Source: an uncultured Stakelama sp.
Lineage (GTDB): Bacteria; Pseudomonadota; Alphaproteobacteria; Sphingomonadales; Sphingomonadaceae
Reading direction: 5' to 3'
NCBI GenBank assembly: GCA_964575105.1
Contig: CAZNQA010000003.1
Coordinates: forward strand, 2,158 to 66,157
Length of the DNA: 64,000 nucleotides
Numbering within the stretch: the first letter of the stretch is position 1; the number at the start of each line of letters is the position of its first letter. Shown here piece after piece: positions 47,188-58,292 of this stretch. The notes under the pieces are model-generated. The model saw only the letters and a list, made by a program, of their open reading frames with translations. It did not search any database and had not been told where the DNA came from. The position numbers were made by a program, and so were the translations under genes.

Positions 47188-48849
47188 TCAGCGATAGCGC
47201 CCCATCGTTACTTTCAGAACTTGCGGACGGCTGATCAGGTTCAGACCGTAATCGGTTTGGTCGCCGTTCCACACCCGGCGCATGACCCAGCGGCCTTTGT
47301 CGAACCGTCCTTCCTCGACGCGTACCATGACGCCGTTCGATCCCGTGCCGGGTGCGCCGGCAAAGTTGACGCGGACATGGTCGCCCATCACGAGGAATTC
47401 GTTCGCCGACAATTGCGCGACCGCAACCCCGCCGACGGGCTCCTTGCCCCACGGGGCCTGGTCGCTCTTGAGCCACGCCCAGTCCTTCATGCCGAACTGC
47501 CATTCGCCCCAGGCGGCGGTGATCGTCCAGTCGCCCATCCGCGTCGACTGGACCGCGCCGTCGTCGGGCTTGGCCGCGCCCCACGTCGGCTTCTCGAACG
47601 CGATCCGAGCCCAGTCGCGCAGCATCGAGCCGACCGCTGCATAAGGGAGCGCGAAGGCGTCGAGCGTGGCGGGCGACAGGTCGAGCGCGCCAAGCGGATA
47701 ATTGGCGTAGCCGGTGTCATCCATCCCGAACGGCGAAAAGCCGATCGCGCCGCGGCCGAGCGTCGGCCAAAAGAAGCGCGCGAAATCGCGGGTGTTGCCC
47801 ATCTCGGGGACCATCAGCGCATTGTCGGGGCGGGCATATCGGTCGAGATACTTGATCACGTTCGCGCTGGTCTTGTCGTAGATGTCGGGCGCCTGGAAAT
47901 CGATTGCTGGCGCGGCCGTCTTCCAGATGTCGAGCACGTCCTGCTGCGGTCCGCCGCTCGCGACGCCATACGGATCGGGGACGTTCGACGGACCCGACAG
48001 CGAAGCGTTGACGTACATCGGCAACGGCTTGATCGCCTTGCCCGCCGCCGCGATCGCGTTGACATAGCTGCCGACATACCAGGTGTTGAACGCCCGGTCG
48101 GCCTGCGCGCCGAACGCTGCGCCCCATGTGCCGGTCTTGTGCAACCGCTGCGCCAGTGCCGACGGGATCGGCTTTGCGAACAACCCATTGCCGGTGGCCG
48201 AGAAGTCGCGCGGGTTCTTGTAGCTGCCGGTCTCATTCTCGACCTGCACCATGATGACGGTGTTCTGCGGATCGTGATCGCGCAGGTAGGTCATCAGCTG
48301 AACGAACGCGCGTTTGTCCGCGGCGAGCGTCGCTGCGCCATGCGCGCTGAGCACGCCGTGATCGGCGCCGTCCTTGGTCTTCATCCGCGGGAAGCGGCGG
48401 TTGTCGAGCTTGACCCAGTCGGGCGTGTACGAAAACGACGTGTTCTTCCACGTGCCGAACCACAACAGGACGACGCGCTTGTCATGACTGCGCGCCTGAT
48501 CGAGCAAGGTCTGGAGGAAGCTGAAATCGAACGTCCCCTCCTTCGGCTCGACCTGTTCCCACGCGATCGGCACCTCGACCGTATTCGCGCCGATCCGATC
48601 GAGCACCGGCCATGCGGTCGCGAGCGGCTCGGCATAGTTGCTCGAATTGTTGACCTGCGCACCGAGCATGAAAAACGGCGCGCCATCGACGATCAGCGCG
48701 TGTCGGCCGTTGCGCGTCTCGATTCGTGGAACCTCGTGCGACGCCTGCGCGGATGCCGCCGAACCGCCGGCAAGGAAAAGGCCGGCCGACAGCAGGGACG
48801 CGATCGCGCGTCGGTACCGCGTGTCGCGGCGGAGGGAGGTGCTGGTCAT
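47188..48849 (-). CDS. GH35-type beta-galactosidase with DUF5597-like C-terminus, copy A
   Basis: [22 protein letters not shown] acid/base, PEMG nucleophile; resembles Cellvibrio japonicus Bgl35A as I recall it. Confidence 0.85.
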   Translation of the reverse strand: MTSTSLRRDTRYRRAIASLLSAGLFLAGGSAASAQASHEVPRIETRNGRHALIVDGAPFFMLGAQVNNSSNYAEPLATAWPVLDRIGANTVEVPIAWEQVEPKEGTFDFSFLQTLLDQARSHDKRVVLLWFGTWKNTSFSYTPDWVKLDNRRFPRMKTKDGADHGVLSAHGAATLAADKRAFVQLMTYLRDHDPQNTVIMVQVENETGSYKNPRDFSATGNGLFAKPIPSALAQRLHKTGTWGAAFGAQADRAFNTWYVGSYVNAIAAAGKAIKPLPMYVNASLSGPSNVPDPYGVASGGPQQDVLDIWKTAAPAIDFQAPDIYDKTSANVIKYLDRYARPDNALMVPEMGNTRDFARFFWPTLGRGAIGFSPFGMDDTGYANYPLGALDLSPATLDAFALPYAAVGSMLRDWARIAFEKPTWGAAKPDDGAVQSTRMGDWTITAAWGEWQFGMKDWAWLKSDQAPWGKEPVGGVAVAQLSANEFLVMGDHVRVNFAGAPGTGSNGVMVRVEEGRFDKGRWVMRRVWNGDQTDYGLNLISRPQVLKVTMGRYR

Positions 48850-48889
48850 CTGAATTCTCCACGGATCTTTTGAAGTACGACGCGCCTGC

Positions 48890-50461
48890 TCATCCGTGCG
48901 GGGCGGGATCGAGCGTCATCAGCACGACGTCGTTGGTATCGAGCGGCACCGTCGCTGCGTACCGCCCACTGGCGTCGACCCGCACGACGCGGTCCTGCTC
49001 GGGCCTGTCCTGCGTCAGCGTCTTAAGCCGCGCGACCTGCGCGGGGCTCAGGGCGTTGGGCAGACCCATATCGATATAGGCCGAATAGGCATCGTTGTGC
49101 CGATAGCCGGTGCGATAGGTCCGCAGCCTATACCGCCCGGGTGCGAGCCCGGCGAACCGCACCGCGGCGGAGGCCTGTCGCGTCGTCGGCACCAGCCTGG
49201 TGTAGAACGGGCGGTTGCTGACCGTCTGGTCAGGCTGGTGCCAGTCCCAGACGAGCACGCTGGTCCGCTTGCCCTCGGTCGCGGCCCAGCTGCCGGCGTC
49301 GACGGTCGGGACTGCCTTGCCGCGCAGCGCATGGAGATATTTGTACGCGAACCACGCGGGCTTCCGGATGCCCTGCGGGTTCATCAGCCCAAACCCACCC
49401 TGGAACGGGGCGGTCGGCGGGCCGGGTTCCTCGAACAGGTCGGTGTAGGTCCAATAACTCATGCCCTGGACGACGCCCTGCACCGCCTTAAGCTTGCTCA
49501 AAATATACGGCGCGCTGACATAGCTGTCGTGGACCGGGTCGCGCGGGGTGTAGCTCGTGCTCCATTCAGTGAAATAGAGCGGCAAATTTGGGAATTTCGA
49601 CGCAGCGATCTCGGCGCGCACCTTGCGCGCGTCGGCGATGATCGCATCGGGTGCTGCCGACAGCTTGGTGTCGCTCTTGCCCTGCTCGTCGAGGAAGCCG
49701 CCCTCGACCCCGTAGGTATGCGTGGTAACGAAATCGACCGGCGCGCCGCTCTTGGCGACATGGTCGAGGAATTCGGGCACCCACGCCGCGCCCGCCGTGG
49801 ACGGCCCGCCGACGCGCAGCGCCGGATCGACCTTCTTGAGCGCGCGCGCAGTCACGTCGTACAGTTGGAAATAGGCGGGCTTGTCCGCTTTCTCCCAGAA
49901 GCCGTCGAGGTTGGGCTCGTTCCACACCTCGAAATACCAGCTCTGGACTTCAGCCTTGCCGTACCGCTGCTGCAGGTGGCGCGCGAAGGCGCCGATCAGC
50001 GCGGCCCAGCCGTCGAGCCGCGGATGCGACGTGTTGCCCTTCCAGTAGAAGATCGACAGATCGGAGGTCTTGAGCGCCTGCGGGGTGAAGCCGAGCTCGA
50101 CGAACGGCTTGATGTGCCGCCGCAGCATATCGTCATACAGCCGGTCGATCCCGGTCCAGTCATATACTGTGCGCCCGTTCTCGACGCGGACGGTCTTGAG
50201 CACGTCGTGGAAGATCGCGTGGAACCGCAAATAGCGAAAACCGAGTTCGTCGGTCGCGGTCTTGAGCTGCGCCTGGCTGTCGGCGCGCATCAGCGTGCCC
50301 GGATAGTCCGAGCCGACCGAAAGATCGTAAAAGCGGTCGACCGGCCCTTGGGCATGAGCGACATCGACCGTGACGACCCGCTCGGGTGCCGCCATTGCGG
50401 GAAGCGCCATCATCGACGCTGCAGCAATGGCGCCGCGCGATCCCCAAACGAGCCGTCGCAT
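48890..50461 (-). CDS. GH39 beta-xylosidase
   Basis: [35 protein letters not shown]. Confidence 0.9.
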   Translation of the reverse strand: MRRLVWGSRGAIAAASMMALPAMAAPERVVTVDVAHAQGPVDRFYDLSVGSDYPGTLMRADSQAQLKTATDELGFRYLRFHAIFHDVLKTVRVENGRTVYDWTGIDRLYDDMLRRHIKPFVELGFTPQALKTSDLSIFYWKGNTSHPRLDGWAALIGAFARHLQQRYGKAEVQSWYFEVWNEPNLDGFWEKADKPAYFQLYDVTARALKKVDPALRVGGPSTAGAAWVPEFLDHVAKSGAPVDFVTTHTYGVEGGFLDEQGKSDTKLSAAPDAIIADARKVRAEIAASKFPNLPLYFTEWSTSYTPRDPVHDSYVSAPYILSKLKAVQGVVQGMSYWTYTDLFEEPGPPTAPFQGGFGLMNPQGIRKPAWFAYKYLHALRGKAVPTVDAGSWAATEGKRTSVLVWDWHQPDQTVSNRPFYTRLVPTTRQASAAVRFAGLAPGRYRLRTYRTGYRHNDAYSAYIDMGLPNALSPAQVARLKTLTQDRPEQDRVVRVDASGRYAATVPLDTNDVVLMTLDPAPHG

Positions 50462-50553
50462 AGTATCCACTCCCGAAAGTCTCTGCGCCTGAACGTCACT
50501 TGCACGAAAGAGAATTCTATTGCACCAGTGAAACCCGCCCGCGGGAGAGAAAG

Positions 50554-52104
50554 ATGACGACCTTCAGCAAGCGTGAGATCCTTAGCGGCCCGCTTGCCGC
50601 GCTCGGCGTCGGTGCGCTGGCCCGCGCCGCGCCCGCCATCGCTGCGCCCCGCACGCCCGCGGCGGGCACCGTCCCACCCGGTCGTTTCGATGCGACGCGG
50701 GAATCACTCTCCACGTACACGACGCCCGAATGGTTCAAGGATGCCAAGTTCGGCATCTGGTCGCATTGGGGCCCGCAGGCCGTCCCCGCGCGTGGCGACT
50801 GGTACGCGCGGTGGATGTACGTCCCGGGCCACCCGCATTACGAGCATCATCTCAAGACCTACGGCCACCCGTCCGAAAAGGGCTATAAGGACATCATCCC
50901 GCTGTGGCGGGCGGAGCGCTGGGACCCCGAGGCGCTGATGGCGCGCTATGCCAGGGCGGGCGCGAAATATTTCGTGTCGATGGGCGTCCACCACGACAAT
51001 TTCGACCTGTGGAACTCGAAGCACAACCGCTGGAACGCAGTCGCGATGGGGCCGAAGCGCGACGTGGTCGGCGCATGGCAGACCGCCGCCAGGCGACACG
51101 GCCTGCGCTTCGGCGTCTCCGAACATCTCGGCGCGAGTCATAACTGGTGGTATCCCAACCACGGCTACGATCAGTTCTGGCCCAAGCTCGGCATTCCCTA
51201 TGACGGGGCCAATCCGGCGTTCGCGGATCTCTATCACGACAACCGTAGCGAACCGTATCTCGACACCAAGGCAAGCTGGTACACCACCAATCCGGCCTAT
51301 CATCAGTTGTGGCTCAAGCGGATCAGCGATCTGGTCGATAGCTATCAGCCCGACCTGCTCTATTCGGACGGCGGGCTGCCATTCGGCGCGGTCGGTCGCA
51401 ATCTGGTCGCGCGCCTGTACAACGCCAGCATCGCGCGCACCGGGCGGCTCGAGGCGGTGTATAATTGCAAGGATTCGGGCACCGGCGAGTTCTTCAAGGA
51501 AGGCATGGTGCAGGACGTCGAGCGCGGCGTGCTCAAGGGGATCAATCCGCTCCCGTGGCAGACCGACACGTCGAACGGCGACTGGTTCTACAGCGAGGAT
51601 GCCACGTACAAGACGTCGAACGAGATCGTGACGATGCTCGCCGATATCGTCAGCAAGAATGGCAACATGCTGCTCAACGTCGTGCAGCGCGGCGATGGGT
51701 CGCTGCCGCCCGAATCCGACAGTCTGCTGACCGACCTCGCCGCCTGGATGGCGGTCAATGGCGAGGCGATCCACGGCACGCGCCCGTGGACGCACTATGG
51801 CGAAGGGCCGACCGAGGCGGTCGAAGGCATGTTCAAGGAAAAGGCAGATTACACGCCGCGCGACATCCGCTTCACGACCCGGGGCAAGACGCTGTACGCG
51901 ATCACGCTCGGCGAACCGCGCGGCGTGACCGAGATCGCCGCCTTGCGAAGCGGCGCGCCACAGGCGCGTGGCCGCGTGGTCGGGGTCGATCTGCTCGGCG
52001 CCGGACCGGTGCGCTTCCGCCAGACTGCCACCGCGCTGTCGATCGACGTTCCCGCACGTCTCCCGACCCGCCATGCCAGCGTGTTCCGCATCCACCAGGC
52101 CTGA
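50554..52104 (+). CDS. GH29 alpha-L-fucosidase family enzyme
   Basis: WFKDAKFGIWSHWG, HHDNF, LYSDG nucleophile region, SKNGNMLLN. Confidence 0.9.
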   Translation: MTTFSKREILSGPLAALGVGALARAAPAIAAPRTPAAGTVPPGRFDATRESLSTYTTPEWFKDAKFGIWSHWGPQAVPARGDWYARWMYVPGHPHYEHHLKTYGHPSEKGYKDIIPLWRAERWDPEALMARYARAGAKYFVSMGVHHDNFDLWNSKHNRWNAVAMGPKRDVVGAWQTAARRHGLRFGVSEHLGASHNWWYPNHGYDQFWPKLGIPYDGANPAFADLYHDNRSEPYLDTKASWYTTNPAYHQLWLKRISDLVDSYQPDLLYSDGGLPFGAVGRNLVARLYNASIARTGRLEAVYNCKDSGTGEFFKEGMVQDVERGVLKGINPLPWQTDTSNGDWFYSEDATYKTSNEIVTMLADIVSKNGNMLLNVVQRGDGSLPPESDSLLTDLAAWMAVNGEAIHGTRPWTHYGEGPTEAVEGMFKEKADYTPRDIRFTTRGKTLYAITLGEPRGVTEIAALRSGAPQARGRVVGVDLLGAGPVRFRQTATALSIDVPARLPTRHASVFRIHQA

Positions 52105-52136
52105 CGCCCCCCGATCCGCGTTCCGAAGGACTTGCC

Positions 52137-54215
52137 ATGTATCGTCGTCCCACCCGCCGCGCCGGCGTTGCGCTCGCGCTTGCGCTCGCTTGCGGCATCG
52201 CCCCGAACGCGCTTGCGCCCGAGGCGCGCGCGCAGAGTGCAGCCGGCCATCCCGGCTGGCCCGGCAAGGGCGAGCTGTTCGTCGGCACCTGTTATCAGCC
52301 GATCGATCGCAGCCCCGCGCAGATCCGCGCGGACATTGCGATCGTGAAGGCCGCGGGCATGACGATGGTGCGGATGGGCGACCTGTCGTGGGATTCGTTC
52401 GAGCCCGAAGAAGGTCGCTTCGACTTCAAATGGTTCGACGACGTGATCGCGCAGATGCACGCGGCGGGCATCCGCGTGATCGTCGACATCCCCGGGCAGC
52501 CCGCGCCGATTTGGCTGCACAAGACCTATCCCGGGGTCGACATCGTCAACCAGGACGGCGTGCGGATCAACGCCGCGAGCCGCTACTGGGACAATATCAG
52601 CGACCCCGATTATCGCCGCCTCGCCGCCCGCCTCGCGCAGAAGATGATGGAGCGGTACGCGCACAATCCGGCGGTGATCGCGCTCGGCTATGACAATGAG
52701 ATCGGCAACGGGCATATGTCCTATTCGCCCGCCGACCGGACTCGCTTCGTCGCATGGCTCAAGCGCCGCTACGGCTCGATCGATGCGCTCAACAAAGCCT
52801 GGGCGACGCAGCGCTGGTCGCGCCGGATCAACACCTGGGATCAGGTCGACCTGCCCTATGAACGCGGCCCGGGCCCGAACGAGCGGTATCTCGACCTGCA
52901 TCGCTACTGGTCGGACGACACCGTCGGCGCGCTTCAGGAGCTGGAGGCAGTGCGCAGGCAATACGCCCCCAACCTGCCGGTCGCATCGAACTTCTGGCCC
53001 AACGCGGGGTCGAAGGGGTTCGACTATCTGCGCAACTGGGACAAGATCTCGACCTATGGCGCACAGGGCTTCTACCCCGGCGATCCGCTGAGCGCCGCGT
53101 TCGACGTGATGTCGAACCGCGCGGGGCATGACACGCCGGTGTGGTTCAACGAATTCACCGCAGGCGGCGGCGGCTATTACGGCACGCCCGGCCGCTCGCG
53201 GATGTGGGCTTATTTCGGGCTGCTTTACTACACCCAGAGCTTCCTCGCCTGGACCTTCAATTCGCACAGCGGCGGCGAGGAACAGGCGCTGTTCGGCCTG
53301 GTCGACCATGACGGCCGCGCCTCGTGGAAGGTCGACGAATTCGCGCAGATCGCGCGCGAGATGAAGACGCTCAAGACCCTCGGCTTTCCGCGCTACGATC
53401 CGCCGCAGGTTGCGGTAAACTTCTCGTACCAGAGCTACTGGCTGACCAGTCCGCCCCCCGGCCCCAACACGATGCAGGAATATTTCAAGGGCGATTACAG
53501 CAAGTTCGGGCAGGCAGCCTATCGCCCGATGTTCGAGGACAACATCGATACCGCGGTGATCGACTTCGGCCATGACGCGCTGGCGAAATACAAGCTGGCG
53601 ATCCTGCCGAGCGCCTATGTGATGGACGCGCCGACTGCGGCGGCAGTCCGCAAATATGTCGCGGATGGCGGGACCGTCATCATGACGGGCTATTCGGCCA
53701 AGGTCGACGAGACCGGCAAATGGTTCGAGACGCCCCTGCCCGGTCGGCTCGGCGACGTGTTCGGCGTGCGCACCAACGCCTTCTATCGTGCCGAGCAGCC
53801 GCTCAAGGTGAGTTTCAACGGCGCGACGCTGACCGGCAGCGACCCGTATTACGAGATCCTCGAGCCAAGCACCGCGACGCCGCTCGCGACCTTCGCCAAC
53901 ACGCCGCAGAAAAGCGCCGCGATCACGATCAACCATTACGGCAAGGGGCAGGCGATCTACGTCGCGACCGCGCCGCAATCGGAACTGCTCGGGCCGCTGG
54001 TACGGTCGCTCTACCCGTCGCTCGGGATCAGGCCCGGGCCGAAGACTCCCGCCGGCGTGGTCGCGCGCGTGGTCGAGGGCCGCACGCTGTACGTCAATAC
54101 GACGCAAGCGCCGGTCAGCGTCTCGTTCACCGGAACGAAGCGCGGTCTGCTGTCGAACAGGCCGTATGCAGGCACGCTCGCGCTCGCGCCTTACGGTGTC
54201 GAGGTCGTTCAATAG
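52137..54215 (+). CDS. GH42 beta-galactosidase with N-terminal signal
   Basis: LSWDSFEPEEGRFDF, YDNEIG, WFNEF, GEEQALFG, trimerisation domain. Confidence 0.88.
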   Translation: MYRRPTRRAGVALALALACGIAPNALAPEARAQSAAGHPGWPGKGELFVGTCYQPIDRSPAQIRADIAIVKAAGMTMVRMGDLSWDSFEPEEGRFDFKWFDDVIAQMHAAGIRVIVDIPGQPAPIWLHKTYPGVDIVNQDGVRINAASRYWDNISDPDYRRLAARLAQKMMERYAHNPAVIALGYDNEIGNGHMSYSPADRTRFVAWLKRRYGSIDALNKAWATQRWSRRINTWDQVDLPYERGPGPNERYLDLHRYWSDDTVGALQELEAVRRQYAPNLPVASNFWPNAGSKGFDYLRNWDKISTYGAQGFYPGDPLSAAFDVMSNRAGHDTPVWFNEFTAGGGGYYGTPGRSRMWAYFGLLYYTQSFLAWTFNSHSGGEEQALFGLVDHDGRASWKVDEFAQIAREMKTLKTLGFPRYDPPQVAVNFSYQSYWLTSPPPGPNTMQEYFKGDYSKFGQAAYRPMFEDNIDTAVIDFGHDALAKYKLAILPSAYVMDAPTAAAVRKYVADGGTVIMTGYSAKVDETGKWFETPLPGRLGDVFGVRTNAFYRAEQPLKVSFNGATLTGSDPYYEILEPSTATPLATFANTPQKSAAITINHYGKGQAIYVATAPQSELLGPLVRSLYPSLGIRPGPKTPAGVVARVVEGRTLYVNTTQAPVSVSFTGTKRGLLSNRPYAGTLALAPYGVEVVQ

Positions 54216-54227
54216 GGTGCGTCGGTC

Positions 54228-55049
54228 CTACAACGCGTAGAAGGCGGTCGCCGCACCGCCGAACAGCTGGTCCGGATCCGCGCCCGCGCGGCCGGCGAGC
54301 TGTCGTGCGTCGTCGTGCCAATGTCGCCAATCATCCCCCGACAGGCGCACCACCGGCCAGTCGCTTCCCCAAATCAGCCGTACCCCGAACGTTTCGACGA
54401 GATGCGCGACATAGGGCATCAATGCCGTCGCGGGCGCACCCGTCGCCTGCTCGGTCCGCAGACCCGAGAGCTTGCAGAACAGGCCAAGCCCGCCAAGCGC
54501 CGCGATCTGATCGCGCCACGGGTCGAGCACCATCCGCGCTGCGTCGGGCTTTGCGGCATGGTCGATCACGATCGCGAGATCGGGCCAGCGTGCGGCGAAA
54601 CGCGCAAGCATCGGGAGGTGGCGCGGCTGCACGAGCGCATCGAGCCGCAGCCCCGCCGCCTGCATCGCCTCGAACGCGGGCGTCAGCGCGTCCTGCAACA
54701 GCCAGTCGGGATCGGCGATCGCCTGCAGCATCGGGCGCAACCCGCGCAGCTTCGGGTGGCGCGCGAGCGAAGCGATCCGCGCGGGTGCGTCCGGCTGCAG
54801 CAGATCGACCCAGCCGACCACCGCGCGCACCAACGGCGTGCGCGATGCCAGCGCGAGGATCCAGTCGGTATCGCGGTCGGTCGGCTGCGAATGCACGAGC
54901 ACCGTCCCGTCAAGCGCCACCCCGGCGCCGGCTGTCCGCAGGTCATCGGGTCCGAAATCGCGATAGATCGCAGCTTCCGACGCGGTCGGCCATGTGTGTC
55001 CCGGCGTGGCAAGCGACCAGAAATGCTGATGCGCGTCGATCAGGGACAT
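54228..55049 (-). CDS. Amidohydrolase-family sugar lactonase (L-fucono/L-galactono-1,5-lactonase type)
   Basis: IDAHQHFW, IDHAAKP, KLSG, WGSDWPV. Confidence 0.85.
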   Translation of the reverse strand: MSLIDAHQHFWSLATPGHTWPTASEAAIYRDFGPDDLRTAGAGVALDGTVLVHSQPTDRDTDWILALASRTPLVRAVVGWVDLLQPDAPARIASLARHPKLRGLRPMLQAIADPDWLLQDALTPAFEAMQAAGLRLDALVQPRHLPMLARFAARWPDLAIVIDHAAKPDAARMVLDPWRDQIAALGGLGLFCKLSGLRTEQATGAPATALMPYVAHLVETFGVRLIWGSDWPVVRLSGDDWRHWHDDARQLAGRAGADPDQLFGGAATAFYAL

Positions 55050-55441
55050 CACGGCTGATCGGCGAGTGTATAGATCTGTTCCGCCTCGACCCATTTCTGC
55101 CCAGCCCGTGCCGACGGCAGTGGTCGCTGGAACCGGTCCATGAACGTCTCCCACGCCCGGATGTCGGGGTCGGCGGCGTCACGTTCGGCCTTTGCGGCGG
55201 GGTCGAAACCGGGCGTGGTCTCCATCAGCATGACCAGCCGGTCACCGACATGCCAGATTTCCAGCGCGGTGATCCCCTCGGCCCGGATCGCCCGCGAGAC
55301 CGCTGCGGGCGGGCCGCCCGGGCGATGCCAGTGGCGATACGCGGCGATCGCCGCGGGCTCGTCCTGCAGGTCGAGCAAAAGGACATGCCGGATCCGGTTT
55401 TCGCCGTCCTCACGCCCGGTTTGTGCCGGAATGCCAGTCAT
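55049..55441 (-). CDS. L-rhamnose/L-fucose-type mutarotase
   Basis: LDLQDEPAAIAAYRHWH, WETFMDRFQ, EQIYTL. Confidence 0.82.
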   Translation of the reverse strand: MTGIPAQTGREDGENRIRHVLLLDLQDEPAAIAAYRHWHRPGGPPAAVSRAIRAEGITALEIWHVGDRLVMLMETTPGFDPAAKAERDAADPDIRAWETFMDRFQRPLPSARAGQKWVEAEQIYTLADQP

Positions 55442-55560
55442 AGCCTCACCTTTTCGTTCGCGTCCCCGCGATAGTGCAGCGGTAGCAGCGATTGCCTCCG
55501 CCGGCTCTTTCCTGCGACAGATCGCCCCGGTATGCCCGGGCGCATACAGAGAGGACCTAT

Positions 55561-56355
55561 GTGACGCGAACCGGACCGAAGGGCGTATATGCTGCGCCAG
55601 CGCTGGAGAAGGCGTTCGAGATCATCGAACTGCTCGCCGACTATCGCGACGGTGCGCTCGTCAGCGAAATGGCCGCCAGCCTCGGTCGATCGGTCGGCGA
55701 GTTGTTCCGCATCGTGATCGTGATGGAGCGGCTGGGCTATCTCCGCAAGTCCGCCAACACCGATCGCTACACCGTATCGTACAAGCTGCTCGAGACCGCC
55801 TATCGCGCGACCCCCGCGCAGAACCTGGTGCGGGCCGCACTGCCGCAGATGCAGGGCCTTGCGCTGGCGGCGGGGCAATCGTGCCATCTGGTAGTGGCGA
55901 GCGAGGATCACGGCCTCGTCATCGCCTGCGAGCAGCAACCCGGGGCGCGCGGTTTCTCGCTGCGCGTCGGGGCGCGGGTCGACATCGTCAGCAGTTGTTC
56001 GGGGCAGGTTCTGCTCGCCTACGCTGCCCCCCGGCGACGCGAACGGATTCTCGATGCCATCGCCGCCCAGCGCGCGGACGAGGTCGATCGCAGCCATCTG
56101 GAGGAACGCTTCGCAACGATCCGCGCGGCGGGGCACGACAGCCGGCAAAGCCCGATCACCTACGGCGTGACCGATATCAGCTTTCCCGTCTTCGGCTTCG
56201 ACGGACGGGCGATGGCGGCGCTGACCATCCCGTTTCTCGAATTGATCGACGGTTCGCAGAAGGTCGGGCTGGAAGCAGCCCGCGAGTTGCTCCGCGCAAC
56301 GACCGTGGCGATTTCCGACACGCTTGGGTATCAAGGTGCGCCGTCGGAGGGGTGA
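55561..56355 (+). CDS. IclR-family transcriptional regulator 1
   Basis: YAAPALEKAFEIIELL HTH, IclR effector domain; GTG start with GAGG RBS. Confidence 0.88.
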   Translation: MTRTGPKGVYAAPALEKAFEIIELLADYRDGALVSEMAASLGRSVGELFRIVIVMERLGYLRKSANTDRYTVSYKLLETAYRATPAQNLVRAALPQMQGLALAAGQSCHLVVASEDHGLVIACEQQPGARGFSLRVGARVDIVSSCSGQVLLAYAAPRRRERILDAIAAQRADEVDRSHLEERFATIRAAGHDSRQSPITYGVTDISFPVFGFDGRAMAALTIPFLELIDGSQKVGLEAARELLRATTVAISDTLGYQGAPSEG

Positions 56356-56398
56356 TCCCGCATCCGGCGTCGGGGCACCGGAACCGCTCGAACGTCCG

Positions 56399-57409
56399 CT
56401 AGAAATAGGCGATCGCCTTCAGGACATGATCCGCCTCCGCGATCAGTTGCGGCAGCCGCGTGGGCATGTCCTCGGCCGGGAAGCTGTGGGTCTGCAACGC
56501 ATCGATCGGAATATGCCCCGTCCGGATCGCCGCGATGACGTTCGCAAAATCGCTCGTCAGCGCATTGCGGCTCGCCAGAACACACGTCTCCCGCTTGTGG
56601 AATTCCGGATCGGAGAAGACCAGATTGCCCGGTGCCACGCCCACCAGCACCAGCGAACCGCCATGCGCGACATAAGCGAGGCTTTGCGTCATCGCTGCAA
56701 GGACGCCGGTCGCATCGAATACCGCATCGAACATCTCGCCGCCGGTCCGGTCGGCCAGGGCCGCTCCCGTATTGTCATTGACCGGCAGGGTGTCGTCGAA
56801 ACCAAGTTTCGCGCGGGCATAGTCGAGCCGGGCAACGCGCGTATCGATCAACGTTACCGTCGCCCCCGCCAACCGCGCGAACAGGCCGACCGCGACGCCG
56901 ATCGGCCCCGCGCCGACGACCAGCACGCGGTTACCGGCTGTTAGCGCCCCGCGCGCGACGGCATGCGCGCCGATCGCGAGGAACTCGATCATCGCCGCAT
57001 GGTCGAGCGAAAGCCCCGCGACATCGATCACTGCGCCCTCGGGAACCGCGATCAATTCGCACATCCCGCCATCCTGGTGGACGCCAAGCACGGAAATGGT
57101 GACGCAAGCATTGGGCTTGCCCACGCGGCACGCAATGCAGGTGCCACACGACAGGTACGGATTGATCGCCACACGTTGGCCGGTGGTGAAGGCCGATCCA
57201 GCGGGCACCGCCTCGACCTCGCCGGCAAGCTCGTGCCCCATCACGCGGGGATAGGACAGGAACGGATGCCGCCCGGCGTAGATATGATAATCGGTGCCGC
57301 ACAGGCCGATCCGCCGGATCCGGATCAGCACCTCGCCCGCACGCGCGGTCGGCGAAGGCCGATCGATCAGATCGAGGCGCTGTGGCGCCTGGCACACGAT
57401 GGCTTTCAC
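56399..57409 (-). CDS. Zn-dependent dehydrogenase, L-galactonate 5-dehydrogenase (LgoD/YjjN)-like
   Basis: CGTD, YPRVMGHE, VLGVHQDGG, FSDPEFHKRE, SRNA motifs shared with E. coli YjjN as I recall it. Confidence 0.8.
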   Translation of the reverse strand: MKAIVCQAPQRLDLIDRPSPTARAGEVLIRIRRIGLCGTDYHIYAGRHPFLSYPRVMGHELAGEVEAVPAGSAFTTGQRVAINPYLSCGTCIACRVGKPNACVTISVLGVHQDGGMCELIAVPEGAVIDVAGLSLDHAAMIEFLAIGAHAVARGALTAGNRVLVVGAGPIGVAVGLFARLAGATVTLIDTRVARLDYARAKLGFDDTLPVNDNTGAALADRTGGEMFDAVFDATGVLAAMTQSLAYVAHGGSLVLVGVAPGNLVFSDPEFHKRETCVLASRNALTSDFANVIAAIRTGHIPIDALQTHSFPAEDMPTRLPQLIAEADHVLKAIAYF

Positions 57410-57451
57410 AAGTTCGGCAGCTCCGGGGAAACTCTCCCGTCATTACGAACC

Positions 57452-57490
57452 TGATGTCATATGTGCAACTGAACTTTGACATATGCAAAC
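57452..57490. promoter_or_regulatory. Paired CATATG-centred sites upstream of the dehydrogenase gene
   Basis: TGTCATATGTGCA and TGACATATGCAAA, centres 22 bp apart, in an AT-rich gap. Confidence 0.45.
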
Positions 57491-57512
57491 TGATGGATTG
57501 CGGGCGGCGACC

Positions 57513-58292
57513 TCAGAGGCGCTCGTCGCTCTGCACCAGTTGCTCGGCAATCCGCCGGGCCGCTGCGAGCACCATCGCCCCGACCTGCTCGGCACTGTGC
57601 ACCGGCTCGCGCCGCTCGAGGTACGGCACGGTGAGCGCGGCCGCCGCCGCCCCACCGCGCATGATCGGCGCGGAAATATCGGTGACGCCCGCAACCAGCG
57701 GGCTCTGAGTCAGCTCGACCTCCCGCGTGCGCACAAGATCGGCGTAGGTCCGGAACGCGTCGAGCCCAGCCGGGTCGAGCGGCGGCGCGAACAGGGCCTC
57801 CCAGCGGCGGCGCACCTCCTCGGGCTGGAAGGCATAGAGCACGGCACCGGAGGCGGTTTTCGTGATCGGCCGGCGATAGCCGACGCGGACCGAAAAGCCG
57901 ACTTGCTCTCCCGATTCGACCCGCGCCACGACGACCATCTCGCCGCGGCTGTGGAACGCGAGATGACAGGATTCGCAGGAGTCCTGCACCAGCCGCCGCA
58001 TGACCGGGATCGCCAGTTCGATCAGGTTGCGCGTGCGCGGCTGCCGCATCCCCAGCGCGAACAGCCGGTCGGTGAGGCGATACCCCTCCGAGCCGGGATC
58101 CTGATCGATATAGCCGCGGAACTGGAGCACCTGCACCATCCGGTGCAGCTCGCCGCGCGACCGGTCGAGCTGATCCGCGATCGCCGCCAGTGGCAAGGGA
58201 TTGGTCGCGTCGGCGAGCAGCTCGAGGATGTCGAGCCCCTTTTCCAGCGCCGGCGCCTTGTAGCGCCGGTCCTCGTCATCGAACTCGTCCAT
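57513..58292 (-). CDS. IclR-family transcriptional regulator 2
   Basis: YKAPALEKGLDILELL HTH, IclR domain. Confidence 0.88.
   Translation of the reverse strand: MDEFDDEDRRYKAPALEKGLDILELLADATNPLPLAAIADQLDRSRGELHRMVQVLQFRGYIDQDPGSEGYRLTDRLFALGMRQPRTRNLIELAIPVMRRLVQDSCESCHLAFHSRGEMVVVARVESGEQVGFSVRVGYRRPITKTASGAVLYAFQPEEVRRRWEALFAPPLDPAGLDAFRTYADLVRTREVELTQSPLVAGVTDISAPIMRGGAAAAALTVPYLERREPVHSAEQVGAMVLAAARRIAEQLVQSDERL

Noticed and set aside
51465-52136. Apparent 916-aa GH42 with a long N-terminus
   Set aside because: The extension overlaps GH29 in another frame; RBS and signal peptide begin at 52137
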